Positions 1 through 11,583 of a DNA stretch of 64,000 bases are shown piece after piece (the stretch's first letter is position 1; each line of letters opens with the position of its first letter). The notes under the pieces are model-generated. The model was not told the origin of the DNA and did no database searches. It saw only the letters and a list, made by a program, of their open reading frames with translations. Source of the stretch: Eukaryota sp. GEM-RC1 (lineage: Eukaryota); the NCBI GenBank assembly GCA_040285855.1, contig JAUFOQ010000002.1, forward strand, positions 620,001 to 684,000. Direction: 5' to 3'. The translations under genes were made by a program, and so were the position numbers.

Positions 1-116
1 ATGAAAGAGTTTTATGGGTGTTCCGATTGTGCTTGAAGGCATAAAGATATGGATAAGAGAGGTTTGGAGGTTCTACAGAAATTGTTTTTCCAATCTTCTT
101 CTTTCCCAAATTCCTA

Positions 117-1064
117 ATGGAAAAAAATCTCTTCCATATTGAAATAATAGACTGTACACTCGAAGACCTGACTTTTAAACTTAAAGGAGTCAGCATCTCA
201 CTAGTCAATGCTCTACGTCGAATCATCTACTCAGAAGTTCCTACTATTGCTATAGAACTAGTTGAATTCACTCAAAACTCATCTGCACTTCCTGAAGAGT
301 TCATTGCTCATCGTCTTGGTCTCGTTCCTCTTCTCTACCCAGAATCTACCTCTATCAATAGCTTTGAAGACGTTTTCAACTATCATACTGACTGTGCATG
401 TGCTGGAGGCTGTCCCAAGTGTGAATTTACCTTCACTCTCAACGCTACAAACGACAGGTCCGAGGTCTACGTTGTCCGTTCAGATCAACTCTTCCCACGT
501 GCAGCACAAGATACATATGCTGGTCTAGTCCGTGTTGCAGACCTTGAACATCCCATAGTTTTATTCAAATTAGCTTCTAAACAGTCCGTCTCCCTCACAG
601 CCATTGCTAGGAAGGGGAAAGGAGCTGACCATGCTAAGTTCTCCCCAGTCTCCAACGCTACTTTCCGAATAACCCCTGATATTCAATTAAACTACGAATC
701 CCTTGCTCAGTTGTCTACTAGCGATAGAGAACAGCTTGTGTCATCGTGTCCTAGGAATGTGTATGAGCTAGATCCACTGACAAGGACTATTAGGATAGCT
801 CCAGGAGGTCAGGATCGTTGTATAATGTGTGGGGAATGTACTGAGCTTTCTAATCAGTATGCAGATCAATATGAAGTTCCTGCTCCTATTAAAATTCAAG
901 ACACTGATCCACCAGAGTTCACGTTTTTGATTGAATCTACTGGAGCAAAGACTGCTAGAGTGATACTGAAGGAGGCGGTGGATATTCTTTTGACTAAGAT
1001 GTGTTTTGTGAAGGAGATGTGGGAGAAGCAGAAGGCTTCGGGTATTACTGGATCCTATCATTGA
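117..1064 (+). CDS. RPB3: RNA polymerase II subunit RPB3
   Basis: NALRRIIYSEVPTIAI, EFIAHRLGLVPL, Zn motif CACAGGCPKC, GADHAKFSP, FLIESTG; also has an Fe-S-like CP...CIMCGEC insert. Confidence 0.92.
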   Translation: MEKNLFHIEIIDCTLEDLTFKLKGVSISLVNALRRIIYSEVPTIAIELVEFTQNSSALPEEFIAHRLGLVPLLYPESTSINSFEDVFNYHTDCACAGGCPKCEFTFTLNATNDRSEVYVVRSDQLFPRAAQDTYAGLVRVADLEHPIVLFKLASKQSVSLTAIARKGKGADHAKFSPVSNATFRITPDIQLNYESLAQLSTSDREQLVSSCPRNVYELDPLTRTIRIAPGGQDRCIMCGECTELSNQYADQYEVPAPIKIQDTDPPEFTFLIESTGAKTARVILKEAVDILLTKMCFVKEMWEKQKASGITGSYH

Positions 1065-1770
1065 GAGTTTTGAGATGTAACTTGTTATTGGTTTAGCCTC
1101 TCTTTTTAAAGATTGTTTTTAAAAAGAATAGGCTGGTATTACGAATGGTAAATGTCCAACTGATTGTTTAATATAAGTCGAGGAATGATCTTTGTTATAA
1201 GTAATAAAGTATTCCCATCTTTTCAGTTCCACTTTTTGTTGGTAACTATATTACTAGTAGTAGTATTGTTTACTATTCAAGTCATAGTGTGCCAAAACAA
1301 TGAGAGAACAGTGTCTTGTAAAACAATATTAACGATGAAGTTGAACCAGTTTTGAATCACCTTCAGAAAACGAATTTTCATATCAACAACAAGGGTATCT
1401 TCATGCAGCGTGGCTTAAATCCAGTCAATCATTAATGGAATTTACCATTATTGAATGTTTATAGTAAATCTTGTGTTGATAGGAAATTTCACTTCTTCTT
1501 TTAATATGTTAACAGCTGCTGGTAAACTAAACCAATGAAAATATGACTAGCAAGTTGAAGAATTAATTGGAAAATCATATTCCAAATTGGTGTTACAACC
1601 TTTTCATGTTTCTCCTTTTTGGATCGATTAGTCCTGCAAGTGGACAATTTTTCAAGGACTTTGAAGAACTGAATAAAGAAAAGAAGTGTAAGTGTAGAAA
1701 ATTGAAAAACTATTGTGTTTTCCATCCATCAAAATATATATTTTTCTATTTCCCTCGATTAGTGCGAGAC

Positions 1771-2012
1771 ATTCCAAGTTTGGTGTGAAGTCTTTTGTCC
1801 AAAACGTGGTACTTGTCTTAGTATTGTTTGTTTGTTCTTACAAAATCACATTTTGTAGGAAGGTTACCTTTTGGCTATCGAAGAAAGTTGTGTTTAGTTG
1901 AGGCTGTAATGATTGATAAAGTATAGCATTGGTGTAGAATAAATGAGATTGGATGACGTGATATAACAACTATACATCATAGTTAAGACCAAGAGAGAAC
2001 TCAAATCCAATT
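1771..2012. repeat. ~240-bp dispersed repeat, copy 1
   Basis: Direct near-identical copy at 2703-2940; partial inverted copy at ~33105-33166. Confidence 0.85.
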
Positions 2013-2402
2013 TTGATAGGTGTTTACAAAAATACTAACCTTGTTGCAATCCACATACTACAATGTAGTATCTGGACATAAACAATACACCAAAAAGGAA
2101 GGAACTAAAAACAATACGAAATCAATTTCTAACACTAGGTATTATAAAGATTCTATCTGTAAGAGTAGTGAGGAAGTCAACAATGTTCTTTTTTTAATTT
2201 GATCTGTCTAAAAGGACCATATTTCACCGACTTGGGCGAATCGGGGGAAGATATCGAACACACCCGATTGTAATGGAATTTCCCCTTTTTATATTTACAC
2301 TAACATATGGTTGAATTGTAGTTTGTTCAGACTTTTAAATTAGAAATAGAAGACAGTATGTGTTCCAATTGTTCATTGAAAAATATGTTCAAAGCGTTGG
2401 GA

Positions 2403-2715
2403 ATAAATTTACAGTAAATATCGATAGTATTTACTAAATACTGTTAAAAAATATGAATAATGGTTTTACGTTATGAATTCACAAAATACAAACTACTAGT
2501 GCTTAAAAGAGTCTTGCGCCAAAGAGTCTGATTAAAATTTTTCCTTTGATCACGGCACAATTTTGAAAAAGCATAAAAAAACATATATCCAGGAAATGTA
2601 CGATGAGAATTTTTTTATCAAGATGTACCACTAGCACAAGGCTTACATATGTAGTACAGTACAATGTACATCTTCTGTGGTTGAACTTTCTACATATTCT
2701 TTTTCCAAGTTTGGT
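2403..2715 (-). repeat. Orphan copy of the sequence downstream of Fanzor copy 1 (candidate element end/omegaRNA)
   Basis: Aligns with 3335-3630; 74-nt core 2501-2574 vs 3421-3494 differs at 2 positions. Confidence 0.75.
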
Positions 2716-2940
2716 GTGAAGTTTAATGTCCAAAACGTATTCTTAGTATTATTTGTTTGTTCTCACAAAATCACATTTTATAGGAAGGTTACCTTTTTCG
2801 GTATCGAATAAAGTTGTGTTTAGTTGATGCTGTAATGATTGATAAAGTATAGCATTGGTGTAGAATAAATGACATCAGATGATGTGATATAACAACTATA
2901 CATCATAGTTATTAAGACCAACAGAGAAATCAAATGCAAT
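2703..2940. repeat. ~240-bp dispersed repeat, copy 2
   Basis: Matches 1771-2012. Confidence 0.85.
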
Positions 2941-2942
2941 AA

Positions 2943-3335
2943 TATGTTCGCTAATTTTTTAATCGATTTGAAGGACAGTTCTTCAGTTGCTTTGATCAAC
3001 CAAATTCCTCAGATTTATGGTTTGTTGTTGAATGTCATCAATGGACTACAACATTCAGACTTCAATGTTTCTTGTAGGCCTCTAATTTACCTAATGATCT
3101 TCAATGTAAATGTGGTAAATCAGTTACTATTTCTCACCTTTTGAGTTGCAATCATTTCATTACTTATAGAACTTGCATTCGTGATGCTGTCAGAGATCAA
3201 ATTCATGTCATGTGTAAGTTCTACAAAATCGAATCTTTCGTTGAGCCACTGTTGCTGTCACTTGAAATCAATAATTTTAACAATAGTGATTCTGATAAGA
3301 CTTTTGGTAAAAGAAGAGCTGATGTCATACTTCCA
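2943..3335 (+). mobile_element. Fragment of RLE-type (CRE-like) non-LTR retrotransposon, cut off at KRRADVILP
   Basis: FANFLIDLK..ALINQIPQ.YGLL, SCNHFITYRTCIRDAVRD and KRRADV match 33390-34570. Confidence 0.8.
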
Positions 3336-3709
3336 TAAATTTGCCGTAAATACTTTTAAAAAATATGAATAATGGTTGTACGTTATTAATTAACAACATA
3401 TAAACTAATAAACTACTATTGCTTAAAAGAGTCTTGCGCCAAAGAGTCTGATTAATATTTTTCCGTTGATCACGGCACAATTTTGAAAAAGCATCAAAAA
3501 AAGAACAACTAGAATTTTTTTACATCAAGATGTAACACAAGGCTGACTACACGTACACGTACATGTACATGTACTAGTTGTACATTACATCTTCTATGGT
3601 TGGACATTCACATTAATTTCTCCCAACTGTGGTTTTCACATCAATTGCATAATTTAGGTCTTCCCTACAAATGATACCACCATTGATAATACTTCACAGA
3701 TCTCTACAT
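3335..3709 (-). ncRNA. Candidate omegaRNA/3' end of Fanzor copy 1 element
   Basis: Directly downstream of the Fanzor stop codon; has a second conserved copy at 2403-2715; ends sharply against LINE sequence. Confidence 0.4.
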
Positions 3710-6700
3710 TTACATGCAGACTTTCTTGCTCACACTTCTAAGAGGAGCTATATGAACTTTAGCACTACAGTCTTCTGTTGATCCTGTTCCGTTCTCTTTT
3801 GTCTTCTGTTGATCAACAGTTTTTCTGTTCATCGGACAGTTCCTTTTGTCATGACCTGTCTCATGACACATTGAACACTCTCTCAAAATCTTTGAAATCA
3901 TCTTCTTTTCTTTCTTCTTCTTAGAACAAGATCTAGAATTGTGACCGACTTCGCCGCAGTTTGTGCATTTTCTTTTCTTCTTAATCGCCATTCCGTTCTC
4001 GAATTCATTTGTTTGAGATTTTTCTCTCTCAAGAACGGAAGGTCTACTTCTACCTTGGATTGCTGCTTCAATAATACTGTGAATGTTGATACCAGAGTTA
4101 AAGTCTCTGTTCCAGTATGTTTCACACGTGGCGCATCGCACTAAGCCCCATGGTGAAACCTTTGCTTCCTGGAGTTTGCTTTTTAATCCATCCTTTTCTT
4201 TTTCCCATTCATATTTAAAGTTTCTCTGATCTTTACCCAACAGTAATTTTTGGTTATACTCAACAACCTCTTTCTGAAGTTTCTTCTTTTTACGATTTAA
4301 CTTAATTTTCCAATTAGGGTCTCGGACTTTGTCATCTTTTAGGTTCGAGCAAAAGCCTTCTGTTCCAAGCAATGTGCAACTCGAACAGCATTTGCTAGTT
4401 CGATACTCATCGACTAGAAAAACTTGGTATCCGAATTTTCGGAAAAGTTCCCTCATAGATTTGCCTTTTACAAATGATCGTTTTCCAGTTCGTTTGGCTT
4501 TTCTAGAATCAATCCAATCACCAAAACCAATAATTACTTCTCCTGGTGATCCGAACTTTTGAGCAAAACGATGAAGCATATTTTGCTGACTCCTCTGATT
4601 GTTCAAGTATCTCTTCAGTCTCTGGCGTCGGAAAGACTTTTCTTCGTAAAATGTGCCTATCATAGCCCCATAAGCTTCTGTTTCTGTCAGATACAAACTG
4701 TACTTATCTACAAAGTACTTCTATTCTTTTGGTTACCCCGCAGAAGTGGTTGCGGGGTAACCAAAATGACGTAACCAAAAGGGTACTTACTTATCTGGGG
4801 TAACCGAATTTACCTGGCCAGAGGATACTCTGGAGCTGAAATTATCAGCAATTTCCTTGCCAGTCATGTGACGACCATTTACTGTGGTTGTGAATTTCAG
4901 AAGCTTTGAGGTTTCATCGTCAGGCTCTCTGACTTGCTCATTTGGTTGCTTGTTCTTTTTCTTTTTCTTGATAAATCTGCCTCTCTGGTCAGCAGTTCGT
5001 TCACCAGCTGTGTACCGGAAAATTTTCCAGCTGTGGCTTTTTTCAATTTAACTTTGGTGATTTCTTTTTTTCTTTTTGTCTCTTCTTTGAGTCTTTTCTT
5101 CTCTTTTTTGAGTCTCTTCTTCTCTTTTTGTATCCCCCCTTTCTTTTTGCAATTAATTTGTGAAAGCTGTTTAGATCGAGTCTTATTTGACAGGTCAAAT
5201 CCCTCTTGAATTTTTTCGCTCTCAGTTTTCGGACTAACACAAAAGATTAAATCGTGTTGGTTAGGATCAATTGCTACGATTTTTTTTGCCTGTGAGATTT
5301 AATTTAGTAATTTCTTCCGTTGTCAGAGAGTCCACATAGCGCTCTTCTGCAGCCAAGTCATTTGCTGAAAGATTTTTTCTAGGATTTCCATGAGAGTCCA
5401 ACAAATCCTTTCTTGTCATGAGCAGGGAAGTAGAAACACCATCCGTTGTAATAGAGGTAAAAGCAAAGTCATAAGATAGGGAAGTTGGAACTGATTTTGG
5501 TTTAAGAACAGTATTCCATAATTCCTTCCTTATTGTATCCATTTCTCCCTTGAGATCTGGTAAGAATCTCAATTGAAACCAGTTAGAGTCCAGTCTCACG
5601 TGACCAGGAATTAGTGATGACGTCACTGGAAAGGGATTGGTGACGGAGACATTATCACAGAATTCCTCAATCAGTCTGTTCAGATAGATTGCATGTGAAA
5701 GGAACTTAAGAGGGTTTACTTTTTAAGCATAGTATAATCCCTTTGGCATTTTCTTGTTTAATTGACATGTCAAGTAAGTCCTAAAAGCAATAGTTAACCT
5801 AGAATTGGTGTGAAAAATAGTTTGATCCTAAAAATCAATTAAATCAATTTGTCCGTTGACAATCAACTCTCGGATGCTGTTAAGCCGCTGAAAAAATAGT
5901 TTTCGTTCATCTTCACACTCAATTTTCATGGCTCTAGATTTTTTCTCTGTTACTAAGTTGAAGACTCGAAAGACATAGGAGTGAAAGTGTTTTGCCATAT
6001 TATTCTTGTAACTGGTGGAGATCTCAGTGGCCATGTAATCAAGTAGTCTGGGTAAGTACAAATTACTGGGGAATTTTACCATTTGCTTACCAGCAACTAT
6101 AGCAGCAGCGTTCAAAAGAGGAAGGAACTTAGTGAGTAGATGATTAATAAGTCGAATTTTAAGCAGATTCAAAGAATTGGATTTTTTTGCGACCTTTTTC
6201 AGGTCTTCTTGGCGTTCAAGGACAATCTGGCTCAAATGGTCAGATGAGCCGTCCTTTTGATCGTCATCAAAGATAACAAAACCTTCAGAGGTTTCTGATC
6301 CAGAATTTTCGAGTAATTTGGCAAATTACAATGTGTTCCCATAGAATCTTTAAATTTCAAATATTCACAGTCAAATTCGTGAATCAAAAAATGTTTTAGG
6401 AAGTGAGTTCCTCGAACTCTAACGTGGTGACTTCTTTTCACACACGATTCGATAACTTTGATTTTTGATTTTGTCACAACTTTGGTGAGTCTTCTTTTAA
6501 TCACCTTCATTGGAGATTTTTCTCTGATTTTCTGCTTGTTTCCATCAAACAAGTCACAAGCAATGAATTTTAACAGATGCAGGCGATCAATTGCATTTTG
6601 GAGTAAACGGGGTATTGTTGATGAAGCCTTCCAAAGGTCATTGATTGTTTTTAGTTCACTAGAACTTGTTAACCTAAACAATTGCTTTGCAGATAGTGCA

Positions 6701-7518
6701 GAAACATTATTTTCCGCTTTGAAATTAGCGATAGCTTCATCAATATTATACAGAGGATTGGTTAGAATTCGTATTAATTCGGAATTTTTCCAATTTTTTT
6801 GATCATGTTCCAACATAATTTGAGTTACGTTTTCCAAAAAGCGACCACCTTTAAATTTGTACAAGGATTTGCAAACTGAGTTTAAATCCAGGCAGTGAAA
6901 TGGACCAAAAGAGGACGTTTTGCACCATCTCTTAAACCATGTGGGTACATATGGAGTATATCCGTCAAATTGAAAATTAACATCAATCATCAAATGGTTG
7001 CATCTTGAAATCAAAAATGGAAAAGTGAACTTGTCACAGTTATATCCAATCAAAAGCTGTGGACGCATAGCTTTGAGAAATTCAATCAGATTAATCAGCA
7101 TCAATGTTTCTGAACTAAATCCATTGATAGAACAATCTTGAATATATAGTTCATGGCAACCCCAAGTAAAGAGATAAGTGTCGCCTTGACACCCAAGAGA
7201 CGAGCAAAATTCCATTGATACAGAAACAATGGAATCGTTACTTCCATCATAGGAAAACTCGTGTATTAGGTCTTTCACTTGTGGCCCTTGACAGTCTTCA
7301 TCATCACTGTCATGTTCCTCAGCGACCTCTGGATTGAGGCGATGGTCTTCAGAGATAATAGCTCTGATTTCCATAAAGCAAAATAATTTATCCAATGTCT
7401 GGATGTTTTGTGCTTTCAATGGAGTTGGAGATAGTTCCATTGAAAGGCGTTTCACACCTCTCATTGGATGAGGAGAAACAGGACCTCTAGCGCAGTTCAC
7501 TGACGGAAAGGGATTCAT
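3710..7518 (-). pseudogene. Decayed Fanzor1-like nuclease with N-terminal PolB exonuclease-like domain and two C-terminal CCHC knuckles
   Basis: RuvC motifs IVAIDPNQHD (D 5266-5268), FGDW, VDEYRTSKCCSSC (E 4406-4408), CATC..WNRDFNS (D 4103-4105). Collinear with 53990-57800. In-frame stops at 5828-5830 and 5723-5725, frameshifts near 6255, 5280 and 5040, and an 87-bp insertion at 4701-4796. Confidence 0.88.
4701..4796. mobile_element. 87-bp palindromic insertion with 9-bp direct repeat TACTTATCT
   Basis: Direct repeat at 4701-4709 and 4788-4796; internal 16-bp inverted repeat TTTTGGTTACCCCGCA/TGCGGGGTAACCAAAA; removing it restores ...SVTPDKYSLYLTETE... Confidence 0.75.
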
Positions 7519-8546
7519 GAAACCAAGAATAGTCGGTGTCGGTAATGTGATTGATTTGTTCTTACTTTCCCCTCCATTGGATTCCGTTTCGTGATTTATA
7601 GTTCAATTTGATTTTGGAATGTTTTCCTTCATACTAATACTACAGTACAGTAAAACTTCTTCTAGTTCTTACACTCCTTTTCTTCTTGTTTTCTTCTTGT
7701 TATACCTTGTTGTACCTTGACTGTCCTTATAACTTTGTGTACTTTCAAGGACATTCTTGAAGCATTTGTCATAAATAAGCCACCTGCTGATGACTGAAAC
7801 TACTATTAATGTCTACCAAACACTTCTTTATCAAGTTGAAGATCTTCTCAATTCACATGAACATATCTTCTCAAAATTAACAACCCTGACCATTTGTCAC
7901 TCTCGCTGCTTTCCATAAAATACAGACCAAAATTCCGTAATGTTCCTCCTGACTTCTCCTTCCGTTTCTTCTTCTTAGTTCCTGTAGCTTCTCTTCATGT
8001 AGCTTATGTTTGAATCTCTTTCTCCCTCCGCGTTCACATCTCTTCCTCTCCTATTATATATATCGTATAAAACACAGTAATAAGGTCTTTTTATTTCGAA
8101 TCGTCCATAAACACTAAGCTAGAGGCATATGATGTTCTAGTGGTGGTGAATTTTTTTGAACACCACTCTTCCCGGGTTTTACGGGAAGAGATCGAATATC
8201 TTCGTGTGAAAGAAGAAGATCCCAAGTCAAACCCATTGCGATGTATAAAAAATCTTCAGGAACGGAAGAGAAGGCGAGGGAGATGAGGGAAGATGTTAGG
8301 TCTAAAATTGTACTGTAAAGGTCTAAAATGCGGATCAGACCTAGAGCTGGGCACAGACTGACTAGACTAGACTAAGACTACAACAACTGACTACCGACTA
8401 GACTACAGACTACACCAATAGACTATAGACTAGACTAAGACTACACCACCAGACTACGGACTAGACTAAGACGAGAGAAATACACTAAATAGTAGACTAA
8501 ATAGTTTTGTCCAAACATGAATTATAACAAGAAATTCTACTGAAAT

Positions 8547-9486
8547 TATAGATGGGAGCCGGCTCAAAATTTGATCACGGCTCAGCCGCAGGCATCAGCC
8601 AGCCGGCTGCGGCTTACAACACATTTTAGTTAGCTAAAGCCGGCTGAAGCCGGCTCATCCTCATCGAGTTTTGTTTCGAGTATTAAGGCTAACTGCTTAA
8701 AAGTGTTATTGACTTGTTGGTTGATATATCAGTAAAATGATACAGAACCATTGTTAATGACAACTACACCGAGTATCAAAACGACACAATACTGATATTG
8801 ATATCATTGATCAGTACATTCCAGTTTTCACAGATTTTACATGTCACTTATTTTTGTGGTTATCACTTATAAACTTGACGTTGATCAGTTAGATATTACG
8901 GAAATCTGTGAAACAACCGTAACACCACTATGGAATTGGTTGTCTGTCTAAAATAAGAAAACAGTATAGTAGTACTTTTGAGAAGGAGCTGAATTGGTCC
9001 TAAAGAAACACAGTCGTTGGCAGAAGATCTCTGACGGACTCCAGGTTTTTTATGTCTAAGAACACATATATATCCATTTTATATGGACGTAAAAGATGTA
9101 ATAAACATATCAAGTTTCAGAAATAGACACTGCGACAATGTACATAAGGCACTGAATGTACTATCAGTGCCCCCAAGAAAAACATTAGGGCAATTATTCG
9201 ACACAAATCAACTATATTCACCAATTCCATTGTTGCTCGAACGTTGATAAACATTAGTAGCCCTAAACTGTTCTGATAAGCGCTGTACATGATTATGTTC
9301 GATTTCTAAATAAATTAGTCGTTCTTTATTGGCTCTGTTTTCAGAGAACTTAAAATATTCGGCTTTGAGCCGGCTGAAACTATTTTTAGCCAGCCGGCTT
9401 GCAGATGGAAATATTTCTATTCTGGACCAGTCGGCTGGCTCGGTTAGCCGGCTAAGCCGGCTAAATTGAGCCGGCTCCCATCTCTA
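8547..9486. mobile_element. hAT-type MITE nested in the hAT element
   Basis: TIR TA(T/G)AGATGGGAGCCGGCTCAA; 8-bp TSD ACTGAAAT (8539-8546, 9487-9494); subterminal AGCCGGCT palindromes. Confidence 0.92.
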
Positions 9487-9501
9487 ACTGAAATACATGT
9501 A

Positions 9502-10149
9502 CTAGAAGTCGAATACCTCGAAGCCACCATCAGCCCAAGATTTTAAACAAACAAGCGCTCTCGGCGTTTCAGCTTCCATAGAAGCTCTTCGTAGAGCAAT
9601 TGTCTGACCTGCAAGAGAAAACAGTCGTTCACATGCCACGGATGTTCCTTGGCAACTAAGGAAATCCCTGGCAAGTCTTGCAAGTGTAGCAAATGTTGAT
9701 TCATTGCTCTTCCACCAAAGCAAAACGTCAGTTTTCCAACAGACATTGGGGTAACTCATATAGGTTTCCAATTCTGCGCTTTGGTTAGGCCTTTCCGACT
9801 GTTCCTGTGTTTCAAGAAATCCTTCACTATCAGATGATACAACAACAACATCAGATTCAGCTTTGTAATAAGTATCAATAACGATGTCCAGCATTTCTTT
9901 GAAATCCCGCGGAGTATCAAATCGATGTAGGTTAGCCAGCCTACATCTTGGATCCAAAACTGCACAGCCATATGCAGAAAAGTCATAAACATCACCTAGG
10001 TACTTAAGCAATACAGTTTCAATTTTGCTACATGCATTGGATAACCACTTATACATGTTGTGTGCATCGTCTGAATCCTGTAGAGAAAATCTGGGCAGTT
10101 TCTCAGGAGGTTCAGTCAATTGTGTTAAAAATAGTAGACTAATGATCAC
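9502..10149 (-). pseudogene. hAT transposase C-terminal (dimerisation domain) remnant
   Basis: AVLDPR, LLWWKSNESTFATLARLARDFLSCQGTSVACERLFS, LVCLKSW. Confidence 0.9.
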
Positions 10150-10356
10150 ACTAATTTATTGTGAACAGACTACAGACTAGACTACAGACTTAATGATCAG
10201 ACTACAGACTAGACTAAGACTAAGTGAGTAGACTAAGATTTAGACTAAAAGCTTAGTCTAGTCCGTAGTCAGTAGACTAGTCTAGTCGAATGCCCAGCTC
10301 TAATCAGACCTTTATGCAGTGAAATTACAAACCTCAAAACATTTATATTCTTCTTC

Positions 10357-11546
10357 ATGGGCTTATCTAACGATTCTCAAATCAAATGGTCTACCAGTCG
10401 TGACATCCAAGTTTTCCCCACCTTTCAGTCCATGAACCTTTCAGAAGATCTTCTTCGTGGAATTTTTGCCCTTGAAATACGTCGTCCTTCAGCTATCCAA
10501 CAACGTGCTCTTGTCCCTATTCTTAAATCTCGTCACGTCATTGCTCAAGCTCAATCAGGAACTGGTAAAACCACAATGTTTTCTATTGCGTCTCTTCAAT
10601 TGGTAGAAAAGTCTTCAAACGAACCTCAAGTCATCATTCTCTCTCCCACACGTGAACTTGCCCATCAAATCCATGATTCAGTAATTTCTTTTCCGATTTC
10701 ATGCATGTCTCTGCTGTTTGTCTCCGTGGAGGACAATCAATGAAGGAAGACTTCAAGAAGCTCGATAATGGATCTCAAGTCGTATCTGGAACTCCAGGAC
10801 GTGTTCTTGACATGATCTCTAAGGGAGTTTTAAGAACCCGTCATATTTCCACTTTAATTATTGACGAAGCTGACGAGATGTTAGAGCATGGCTTCAGAGC
10901 AAACTTAGACGATATCTTTAGAACCCTCCCTCCCTCTGTTCAAGTTGTTTTAGTTTCAGCTACACTTCCACCTGATGTTCTTGAGGTTTCTGAAAACTAT
11001 ATGAAAGATCCAGTCAAGATTCTAGTGAAAAGAGATGAACTTACATTAGACTTCATCCGTCAGTTCTATGTATCAGTTGAGAAGGAAGAGTGGAAGTTCG
11101 ACACTCTCTGTGATTTGTACGAGTCAATGGCAATCACCCAAGCAGTGATCTTTGTAAACTCGAGAAAGAAAGCCGATTGGCTTAGCTCTAGGCTTGGTGA
11201 GAGTAACTTTATTGTGGGAAGTATCAGAGGTGGTGGAGATGTTAAACAACAAGCTCGTGATGATGTGATGAAGAAGTTTAGAAGTGGGGAATTACGTGTT
11301 TTGATTGCTACTGATGTTATTGCTAGAGGTATTGATGTGTCTCAAGTGTCGCTGGTTATTAACTATGACGTTCCCTCATCACGTGAGACTTACCTTCACA
11401 GAATAGGAAGGTCTGGTCGTTTCGGTCGGAAGGGATTGGCTATCAACTTTGCAAAGGACGAGGATTTGTCATTGTTAAAGGATATTGAACAATTCTATGG
11501 GTGTACTGTTGATGAGTTACCATCAGATGTGTCGTCTCTTATTTAA
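10357..11546 (+). CDS. EIF4A3: DEAD-box helicase eIF4A-III
   Basis: [57 protein letters not shown]; one T missing in a run near 10690 joins the two ORFs. Confidence 0.88.
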
Positions 11547-11583
11547 AATATTTAAAATTTTGGACACTTTTCAAATTTTTGAT

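Larger units (their letters stand above)
8342..10302 (-). mobile_element. Internally deleted hAT DNA transposon
   Basis: 12-bp TIR TAGAGCTGGGCA/TGCCCAGCTCTA; 8-bp TSD ATCAGACC (8334-8341, 10303-10310); subterminal AGACT arrays. Confidence 0.93.

Noticed and set aside
5723..5830. Stop-codon reassignment (TAA/TAG read as Gln or Glu)
   Set aside because: TAA and TAG terminate conserved genes at expected positions; these stops fit pseudogenisation of copy 1
8140..8245. Small minus-strand ORF (MGLTWDLLLSHEDIR...)
   Set aside because: About 40 codons with no recognisable homology; cannot be supported
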